Assembly: GCA_903861205.1 (NCBI GenBank)
Contig: CAIOTC010000020.1
Location: 39,976 to 103,975 of the forward strand
Direction of reading: 5' to 3'
Length of the DNA: 64,000 nt
Source: an uncultured bacterium
GTDB lineage: Bacteria > Patescibacteriota > Minisyncoccia > Phycocordibacterales > DATDWN01
Shown: positions 57,006 through 64,000 of the stretch, piece by piece
Numbering within the stretch: position 1 is the stretch's first letter
How the letters are laid out: each line of letters opens with the position of its first letter
Translations under genes and position numbers: made by a program
The notes under the pieces: generated by a model
Database searches by the model: none
Seen by the model: the letters and a program-made list of their open reading frames with translations, nothing else
Told to the model about the DNA's origin: nothing

Positions 57006-57632
57006 ATGTTTGAGAAATTTGAGATAAGTAAAAAAGAAAAAATTACGCAATTATGTAACGAAAGCAAAATTGAAGTAGTAAACGATTGTGCTGATCTAAC
57101 ACAATTTTCATTTAATGAAGTAATGAGTTTTTTTGATACGTTGACTAGTAATAATGATTTTCTTATACATGGAACAAATTCTAATGAAGTATACAGTTGT
57201 CTCGAAACGAGACAGGCACATTGTTTAGTTAAGGAATCTGGCAGAAAAAAGGCTGTATACGCTACTGAAATACCCAGGGTTGCATTATCTATTGCTGTAT
57301 TAAATCGTAGTTATCTGAAGAAAAAATTTGGTAACTACATCTTTGGGCACAGCGGAGACAACTTCAAACTTGTTTTTAAAGTACCCACAGAAATATACGA
57401 TTTATTTGTTGCGCATGATCCAAATCTTTTTACTGATGGATATGTATACATTCTGGATAGAGCAAACTTTGTAAATGCACCTGACGCTGGAAGCGAGTGG
57501 CATTCTGAATCAGACCAGGAACCACTTTTAGCGTGTAAAGTATCTAAAGTTTTAGCTGGGAGTATTTATATTATTTGTGAACCTAACAATACAGTAATAG
57601 AATTTGATTTTAAATCAAAATATGATATTTAA
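57006..57632 (+). CDS. hypothetical protein (208 aa), AT-rich
   Basis: ORF with no recognisable domain. Compositionally distinct from the flanking trpS. Confidence 0.4.
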   Translation: MFEKFEISKKEKITQLCNESKIEVVNDCADLTQFSFNEVMSFFDTLTSNNDFLIHGTNSNEVYSCLETRQAHCLVKESGRKKAVYATEIPRVALSIAVLNRSYLKKKFGNYIFGHSGDNFKLVFKVPTEIYDLFVAHDPNLFTDGYVYILDRANFVNAPDAGSEWHSESDQEPLLACKVSKVLAGSIYIICEPNNTVIEFDFKSKYDI

Positions 57633-57675
57633 TTAGGTAATTCCTAAATTTATTATTTTTTGTTAAACTATAAGC

Positions 57676-58656
57676 ATGAACAAAAAGACACTTTTATCGG
57701 GAGTCAAGCCGACGGGGCGGCCACATATTGGGAATTATTTTGGAGCGATGAAGCAGTTTGTCGATATGCAAAACGACTATTCCTGCCTTTTCATGCTGGC
57801 GGATTATCACGCGCTCAACCTTATTCAAGACAAGACGGAGATGTCGAAACAGATTATGGATTTGACCATCGACTATCTGGCGCTAGGGCTCGATCCACAA
57901 AAAGCCATTATTTTCAAACAGTCAGATGTGCCGGAACACGCCGAACTGGCTTGGATTTTCGACTCCATCACGACCATGCCGTACCTGATGCGCGCTCACG
58001 CCTACAAAGATGCCGAGGCCAAAAACAAAGAAATTTCTGTCGGCACATTTAATTATCCGATGCTCATGGCGGCCGATATTTTGCTGTACGACACCGATGT
58101 GGTGCCGGTGGGGCAGGATCAAAAACAGCATGTCGAGTACGCCCGCGACACGGCCCAGAAATTCAACTTCATTTTTAAAAGTGATGTTTTTAAAATGCCG
58201 GAATCGAAAATTTTGGAAACCGTAGCAACCGTGCCCGGCACTGACGGACAAAAAATGTCAAAAAGCTACAACAACACCATCGAACTTTTTGCCACAGCAG
58301 ATGAAATCAAAAAAGCAGTCATGTCCATCCAGACCGACTCGAAGGGGATTGATGAACCTAAAAATCCGGACGAGGACAATGTCTTCAAATTACACAAACT
58401 TTTCTCGACGCAGGATGAACTTTTGGAACTTCGCTCACGATACGAAAAAGGCGGAATGGGACACAAAGAATCAAAAGAAATTTTGATCGCCAACATCGAA
58501 AAATTCATCGCTCCGCTCCGAGAAAAGCGCGCGCAGATTGCCTCGGACACCGACTACGTTCTAGACATTCTGCGTGAGGGCGGCAAACGCGCCAAACAAA
58601 AAGCTGAGAAAAAAATGGAACAGGTGAGGGAAGCGATTGGTGTGAAGTTGTATTAA
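57676..58656 (+). CDS. trpS: tryptophan--tRNA ligase
   Basis: Class I motifs HIGN (HIGH) and KMSKS. 326 aa. Confidence 0.9.
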   Translation: MNKKTLLSGVKPTGRPHIGNYFGAMKQFVDMQNDYSCLFMLADYHALNLIQDKTEMSKQIMDLTIDYLALGLDPQKAIIFKQSDVPEHAELAWIFDSITTMPYLMRAHAYKDAEAKNKEISVGTFNYPMLMAADILLYDTDVVPVGQDQKQHVEYARDTAQKFNFIFKSDVFKMPESKILETVATVPGTDGQKMSKSYNNTIELFATADEIKKAVMSIQTDSKGIDEPKNPDEDNVFKLHKLFSTQDELLELRSRYEKGGMGHKESKEILIANIEKFIAPLREKRAQIASDTDYVLDILREGGKRAKQKAEKKMEQVREAIGVKLY

Positions 58657-58661
58657 AATAT

Positions 58662-60440
58662 ATGGAGAAAACAGGTAAAAATGTAAAAATCTCACAAATA
58701 ATGAGAAAGTTTTGGGATGGAACAAAGTCGTCCAAGGGTTTGTTTTTCTTTGCGTACGTATCTTTTTTCTTTTCTGTCATTGTCAATATTTTTGTTCCAC
58801 TGTACTACAAAAAATTCTTCGATGTTTTAGGTTCTGCAACCGACAGAACGATTGTATTGACATCACTGGTGCATATCATACTTGTAATACTAGTTTTTCA
58901 TGCATTGAACTGGCTTCTTTGGCGTATAGGCATGTACATGTATAACTTGATGCAGTCCAGAATTATGGCACGATTGAAACAGAATTCGTTTGACTATATG
59001 ATGATGCATTCATACACATTCTTTGCAAATAGTTTTAGCGGAGGTCTAGTCCAAAAAGTTAATCGTTTTAGTCGAGCATTTGAATCTCTGACTGACAGCG
59101 TGGCATTCAATATTATGCCGCTTATAGTTACGATTATTGCGTCTGTGGCCATCACATATTTTATTGCGCCGATAGTTTCTATCATTATGATTGGTTGGAT
59201 TGTTGTATTTTCAACATTCAATTTCACATTTTCCAGATGGAAATTGAAATACGATCTGGCTTCGGCAGAAGCGGATTCAAAAACTTCAGGGTATCTCGCC
59301 GACGCCATCACAAACAATAATGCAATCTCGTTTTTTACCGGTCACAAATATGAATCTGGTGAATTTAAAAATGTTTCCAACGACCAGGCGAAGAAAACAA
59401 GGTTTACGTGGCAACTAGGCGAAGTGGTTGACGCGACTCAGGCATTACTCATTCTCATTGTTGAATTTCTGATATTTTATTACGCAATCAAATATTGGAG
59501 CCGCGGACTTATCACCATAGGTACATTTGTGCTTGCCCAAACATACATTATCGGACTGGCTCAACAGTTGTGGGGCTTGAATAGGGTTATTCGCAGTGTA
59601 TATCAAAGTATTGCCGATTCGAAAGAAATGGTGGAAATACTCGTTAAACCTTACGACATTAAAGATATTCCTTCGGCTCAATATATGCTCGTTTCCAGGG
59701 GGGAGATTGAATTTAAAAATGTGTCATTTAATTTTAACGAAACGCGCCAAGTTTTAAAGAATATCAATATAAAAATTCAGCCCGGAGAAAAAATTGCCAT
59801 TATCGGACCATCTGGAGCTGGCAAAACAACATTCGTTCGACTGATAATGCGACTGTATGACGTTACCGAGGGTTCTATTTGCATAAACGGTCAGGATATT
59901 AAAAACGCAACACAAGATAGCCTGCGTGAACAAATCAGTTTGGTTCCGCAAGATCCGTTATTATTTCATAGGACGCTCATGGAAAATATTAGATACGGAC
60001 GCCGCGATGCAACAGATGGGGAAGTAAAAGAAGCCGCAAGGCTGGCACACTGCGATGAATTTATTGATACTTTGCCACTGAAATACGAGACATTTGTGGG
60101 AGAGAGAGGAATCAAACTGTCGGGAGGTGAACGTCAGCGTGTGGCTATTGCGCGAGCAATCTTGAAAAGAGCACCAATACTTATTCTGGATGAAGCCACA
60201 TCAAGTCTCGACTCCCATTCGGAATCGCTTATTCAGGATGCGCTTGATACGCTCATGCGAGATTGCACAACTATTGTAGTTGCCCATAGACTTTCAACGA
60301 TCAAAAAAATGGATCGCATTATTGGCATGGAGAATGGGCAGATTGTTGAACAAGGAAATCATGAGGAACTCTCAAATAAAGAGGGTGGTTTGTACAAGAA
60401 ATTATGGAATTTGCAGATCAGTGGGTTCATCAAAGAATAA
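58662..60440 (+). CDS. ABC transporter permease/ATP-binding protein (MsbA-like exporter)
   Basis: Six-TM domain, Walker A GPSGAGKTT, signature LSGGERQRVAIARA, Walker B ILILDEATS. Confidence 0.85.
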   Translation: MEKTGKNVKISQIMRKFWDGTKSSKGLFFFAYVSFFFSVIVNIFVPLYYKKFFDVLGSATDRTIVLTSLVHIILVILVFHALNWLLWRIGMYMYNLMQSRIMARLKQNSFDYMMMHSYTFFANSFSGGLVQKVNRFSRAFESLTDSVAFNIMPLIVTIIASVAITYFIAPIVSIIMIGWIVVFSTFNFTFSRWKLKYDLASAEADSKTSGYLADAITNNNAISFFTGHKYESGEFKNVSNDQAKKTRFTWQLGEVVDATQALLILIVEFLIFYYAIKYWSRGLITIGTFVLAQTYIIGLAQQLWGLNRVIRSVYQSIADSKEMVEILVKPYDIKDIPSAQYMLVSRGEIEFKNVSFNFNETRQVLKNINIKIQPGEKIAIIGPSGAGKTTFVRLIMRLYDVTEGSICINGQDIKNATQDSLREQISLVPQDPLLFHRTLMENIRYGRRDATDGEVKEAARLAHCDEFIDTLPLKYETFVGERGIKLSGGERQRVAIARAILKRAPILILDEATSSLDSHSESLIQDALDTLMRDCTTIVVAHRLSTIKKMDRIIGMENGQIVEQGNHEELSNKEGGLYKKLWNLQISGFIKE

Positions 60441-60461
60441 TAATCTGGTATTATTATCCCT

Positions 60462-60806
60462 ATGAACATCAAAATTGTTGAAAATAATATTACAGTTGAC
60501 GAGCTGAAAAAACTGGCGGAGGTTTTTTATGTGAATATGATAAAGGGCGTGGTTGACATTCAGAGAGAAATCATCGCTTTTGGCGGAGAATATCATGTCG
60601 ATGCCAATATGGTTTTGATGGAAAATGGATCGGAGCAGAAAGATGTTTGGGGGTTTAACATAAATTTTGATGAACCAAAAGATTCCTGGGTAGAATATAA
60701 TTCTCTTATAAATATACGACCGGCAGTGGGAAACAGAAAAATGGAAGTACAAGATGAAAATATTCGAAAAAAAATGAAAAAAATTATTAATTCAAAAATA
60801 ATATGA
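60462..60806 (+). CDS. hypothetical protein (114 aa)
   Basis: ORF only. Overlaps the next ORF by 4 nt. Confidence 0.4.
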   Translation: MNIKIVENNITVDELKKLAEVFYVNMIKGVVDIQREIIAFGGEYHVDANMVLMENGSEQKDVWGFNINFDEPKDSWVEYNSLINIRPAVGNRKMEVQDENIRKKMKKIINSKII

Positions 60807-61096
60807 AAACAACACGAACATCTCTTTTTCTCATGGCAAATTTGGGACCGGAAGTCGCCAGAGTTTTATCAGCCAAAGAAAAAAATAAAGCAGATTTGCT
60901 TGGAAGTGCTGTGGATAGAGCAAGAAACATTATTGCAGAATTAAAAAAATTACCTGATACAAAAAATAATACCGAGATCGATATACTTGATGATGTAGTA
61001 AATGATCTTGGAAAAAAAAACAGCATATATGAAATTTCTTCAGAAGAATTTACATCATATTTTTTACCTTTTGCAATGAGACTAACACGAGTTTAA
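60803..61096 (+). CDS. hypothetical protein (97 aa)
   Basis: ORF only. Confidence 0.35.
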   Translation: MKTTRTSLFLMANLGPEVARVLSAKEKNKADLLGSAVDRARNIIAELKKLPDTKNNTEIDILDDVVNDLGKKNSIYEISSEEFTSYFLPFAMRLTRV

Positions 61097-61118
61097 AAAA
61101 TATGGTAGTATAAATCTC

Positions 61119-62516
61119 ATGAAAAGGACTTATATCAAAGATTTGAACGAGTTGACCAGCCAGGAGGTGACGATCAAGGGTTGGGTTAATGTTCGGCGTG
61201 ATCAGGGCAAGATGGTTTTCATGGACATGCGCGACATGACCGGACTGGTGCAGTGTGTTGTTTTGCCGGGTAGCGAGGCGATTGAAACAGCCAAGGAGAT
61301 GCGGACCGAGTGGGTTTTGGCGGTTAGTGGTGTTGTGAACAAACGCCCGGAAAAAAATATCAAAGCCGGAGCGCAGAACGGCGACATTGAGTTGGAAGTC
61401 AAAAATATCGAGGTCCTGAACAAAGCGGAAGTTTTGCCTTTTGATATCTCGACAGACACCAAAGGTGTTGGCGAAGACATGCGGCTGAAATATCGATACT
61501 TGGATTTACGCTCCGACAGAATGCAAAAAAACATCCGCGCTCGCGACAAAATAATTTCTTTTTTCCGCGACTACATGCATCAAAATGATTTTGTGGAAAT
61601 TGAAACGCCAATCATGATGAAGGGCACGCCGGAAGGTTCGCGTGAATATGTGGTGCCATCGCGACTTTATCAGGGTAAGTTTTATGTTTTGCCACAGTCG
61701 CCACAGCAATTTAAACAGCTTTCCATGGTAGCCGGCTTCGAAAAATATTTTCAAATTGCGCGATGTATGCGCGACGAGGATAGCCGTGGAGATCGCCAGC
61801 CGGAATTCACCCAGCTGGATTACGAGATGTCCTTTGTCGAACAGGAAGATGTTTTGGAATATACGGAAAAAATGTTTATTGAGCTTGTCCAAACACTGTA
61901 CCCAAACAAAAAAATCACCACGGTTCCTTTTCCGAGATTTACGTTTGCCGAGACGATGGAAAAGTATGGCATGGACAAGCCGGATTTGCGTCAGGATAAA
62001 AATAATCCAGACGAGCTGGCTTTTGCCTGGATTACCGATTTTCCGATGTTCGAGAAAAAAGATGACGGCACCATCGCCGCGGCACACCACCCATTTTGCT
62101 CTATAAAACCGGAAGACAAAGAAAAATTTATGAAAGGCGAGGATTTATTTAGCATAAGAGCCAATTCATACGATCTGGTGCTCAATGGATTCGAGCTATC
62201 ATCCGGCTCGATCAGAATCCACGATCGCGCCGAACAAAAACAAGTATTCAAACTGCTGAATATTTCGGAGGAGGAACAGCAGAAAAAATTTGGTCATATG
62301 CTCGAGGCTTTCACTTATGGCGCGCCTCCGCACGGCGGATTTGCTCCTGGTATTGATCGTACTGTTATGCTTCTTCAAAATGAACCAAACATTCGAGAAG
62401 TCATTGCGTATCCAAAAACTGGCGAGGGTAAAGACCTAATGATGGGCGCGCCAAGCGAGATTTCAGATACGCAACTGCGTGAACTCGGTTTGACTCTGAA
62501 CATTAAGAAAAAATAA
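61119..62516 (+). CDS. aspS: aspartate--tRNA ligase, short form lacking the GAD insertion domain
   Basis: Class II motifs QSPQQFKQLSMVAGFEKYFQIARCMRDED..RQPEFTQLD (motif 2) and GAPPHGGFAPGIDR (motif 3). 465 aa against about 590 for the bacterial type. Confidence 0.8.
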   Translation: MKRTYIKDLNELTSQEVTIKGWVNVRRDQGKMVFMDMRDMTGLVQCVVLPGSEAIETAKEMRTEWVLAVSGVVNKRPEKNIKAGAQNGDIELEVKNIEVLNKAEVLPFDISTDTKGVGEDMRLKYRYLDLRSDRMQKNIRARDKIISFFRDYMHQNDFVEIETPIMMKGTPEGSREYVVPSRLYQGKFYVLPQSPQQFKQLSMVAGFEKYFQIARCMRDEDSRGDRQPEFTQLDYEMSFVEQEDVLEYTEKMFIELVQTLYPNKKITTVPFPRFTFAETMEKYGMDKPDLRQDKNNPDELAFAWITDFPMFEKKDDGTIAAAHHPFCSIKPEDKEKFMKGEDLFSIRANSYDLVLNGFELSSGSIRIHDRAEQKQVFKLLNISEEEQQKKFGHMLEAFTYGAPPHGGFAPGIDRTVMLLQNEPNIREVIAYPKTGEGKDLMMGAPSEISDTQLRELGLTLNIKKK

Positions 62517-62519
62517 CCC

Positions 62520-62570
62520 TGTGATATAGACCTGAGGTCTAAAGTTTGCAAAGCAAACTTATATCACAGT
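62520..62570 (+). other. 51-nt three-way-junction palindrome (10-bp outer stem enclosing two hairpins) after aspS
   Basis: ctgtgatata [gacc-tga-ggtc] taa [agtttgc-aaa-gcaaact] tatatcacag. Confidence 0.5.
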
Positions 62571-62706
62571 GTAAAAAAAGCCCGCGCATGCCGTCCCAGC
62601 ACGCGCGGGTAAAAGGAGCAAACACGCAACAGACCTTATTAAATAATACTCTTATTTTGTTTTTTTGCAACCGCCTGTGGACAACCGGATCTGATATAAT
62701 AGTGCT

Positions 62707-63453
62707 ATGGATTCCGAGTTTAACGTTAAAACGGGGGTTTTTGAAGGGCCGCTGGACACGCTGCTTTCGCTTATCGAGAAGCGTAAACTTTTCATAAACG
62801 ACATATCGCTGGCCCAGGTGGCTGACGACTATATTTCATACGTCAAAAATTTGGAGAATTTCCCGATCGCCGACAGCGCGCATTTCATTTTGATTGCTTC
62901 GACGCTTGTTTTGATCAAATCGAAATCGCTTTTGCCAAACCTTTCGCTTTCGGAGGAGGAACAACAAAGTATCGAGGATTTGGAAACACGGCTTTCAGAA
63001 TACAAAAAATACAAAGCACTTGCCGTCCATTTGCGTGAGCGATTTGGCATTCACGTATCGTATTTGCGCTTGCCGTCCAAAGAAAAGCAAATCGTTTTTG
63101 CACCGGACAAACAAACTACGCAATCAAGGATTTTTGAAATTATCAAAGAAGTCATTTTAAACATGCCGAAAAAGGAGGTTGTGGCCAAAGCTGTTGTCCA
63201 AAAAGTAATCAGTCTGGAGGAAACGATTGAGAACTTGACCCGACGCATCACATCAAGCCTCAAAATGAGCTTCAAAGATTTTTCCAGTCACGCAGGTGGA
63301 GGAGCCGGAACAAAAGAAAACAAGATTAATGTTATCGTCAGTTTTCTGGCCATGCTAGAACTGGTTAAACAGGGAATTATCCAAGTGCGACAGGACAAAT
63401 ATTTTCAAGACATAGAGATGGAGAATCAATATCTCGGAGTACCAAAATATTAA
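62707..63453 (+). CDS. scpA: segregation and condensation protein A
   Basis: N-terminal FEGPLDTLLSLIEKRKL...ISLAQVADDY kleisin motif. Confidence 0.8.
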   Translation: MDSEFNVKTGVFEGPLDTLLSLIEKRKLFINDISLAQVADDYISYVKNLENFPIADSAHFILIASTLVLIKSKSLLPNLSLSEEEQQSIEDLETRLSEYKKYKALAVHLRERFGIHVSYLRLPSKEKQIVFAPDKQTTQSRIFEIIKEVILNMPKKEVVAKAVVQKVISLEETIENLTRRITSSLKMSFKDFSSHAGGGAGTKENKINVIVSFLAMLELVKQGIIQVRQDKYFQDIEMENQYLGVPKY

Positions 63454-63454
63454 A

Positions 63455-64000
63455 ATGCAAAAATCTAAAACACAAATCGCCAAGGAAATTCATGCCGTAC
63501 TTTTTTATTTGGCCGAACCGGTTTCTTTTTCTTACTTAGCCAAAATTTTGGAAGCGAATGAAAATGAGATCCGCGAATGTGTGGAAAACCTTTCTGAATT
63601 TTTGAAAGACAGTGGAATGTGCCTTGTCGAGCATGACGGCGAAATTGCCTTGACCACGGCGCCGGAAATGGCGGAAATTGTGGAAAAAGTGGTAAAGGAC
63701 GAGCGCGAACGCGACCTTGGTCGGGCCAGCATCGAAACGCTCTCCATCATCGCCTACAAAGGTCCGGTCAGCCGCAAGGAAATCGAGTACATTCGCGGCG
63801 TCAACTGCCAGTTCGCCCTCCGGACGCTCCTTTTGCGCGGACTGGTCGAGAAGAAAAACAAGGAAGGGGACGAGAGATCATTTGTTTACAACATCACCAT
63901 GGACGCGCTCTTGCACCTGGGTATAAAAAACATTTGCGACTTGCCGGAATATGATAATATGAAGAAACAGTTGGAGGTAGTGGAAGAGGAGGAAATTTAT
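63455..64000 (+). CDS. scpB: segregation and condensation protein B (3' end runs off the window)
   Basis: Winged-helix pattern ...LFYLAEPVSFSYLAKIL... and ...IAYKGPVSRKEIEYIRGV.... Starts 2 nt after the scpA stop. No in-frame stop before 64000. Confidence 0.75.
   Translation, partial: MQKSKTQIAKEIHAVLFYLAEPVSFSYLAKILEANENEIRECVENLSEFLKDSGMCLVEHDGEIALTTAPEMAEIVEKVVKDERERDLGRASIETLSIIAYKGPVSRKEIEYIRGVNCQFALRTLLLRGLVEKKNKEGDERSFVYNITMDALLHLGIKNICDLPEYDNMKKQLEVVEEEEIY

Noticed and set aside
1-64000. CRISPR arrays, rRNA genes, integrases or transposases, and prophage genes
   Set aside because: No regularly spaced direct repeats with unique spacers and no recombinase or phage structural motifs were seen. 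The repeats that exist are palindromic singletons or pairs.

Overview
This 64 kb window looks like part of a small, reduced bacterial genome. The gene set and architecture are consistent with a Candidate Phyla Radiation (Patescibacteria)-like organism, but that is an inference from gene content, not a database hit.

The window divides into two parts.
- The first ~30 kb is a housekeeping core: mreC, an MreD-like gene, PBP2, greA, lysS, mraZ-rsmH-ftsL-ftsI-murF, uvrB, uvrA, a short uvrC, ddl, mltG, and tRNA-Glu and tRNA-Ala. The last ~11 kb adds trpS, an ABC exporter, a GAD-less aspS and scpAB.
- In between lies an accessory block of about 22 kb (31-53 kb). It encodes several very large signal-peptide proteins: two paralogous lipase-like proteins in opposite orientation that share an almost identical promoter and signal-peptide cassette, a PGAP1/LCAT-like hydrolase, and a Cys-rich Ig-repeat protein. 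It also holds strongly AT-rich genes.

The accessory block contains a compact three-gene minus-strand cluster that the ORF track misses in part. It comprises a radical-SAM/SPASM enzyme, a 50-aa double-glycine Cys-rich precursor peptide (SCIFF/ranthipeptide-like) and an HExxH metallopeptidase.

Other notable signals:
- A short palindromic repeat family (core GACACCCGGTGTC) is present at least 8 times, mostly inside coding sequences (uvrA, uvrC, a methyltransferase and an orphan TraG/VirD4-like ATPase).
- A second ~54-nt repeat is shared between an intergenic site and the inside of uvrC.
- The mraZ operator is an array of GTGGGAA direct repeats.
- Many genes have an extended -10 box within 6-8 nt of the start codon, suggesting leaderless mRNAs.
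- Two terminator-bounded structured noncoding regions could not be assigned to a known RNA family by eye.
- Sharp GC/AT mosaicism occurs, including inside a single histidine-kinase ORF.

No CRISPR array, rRNA, integrase or transposase was recognised.
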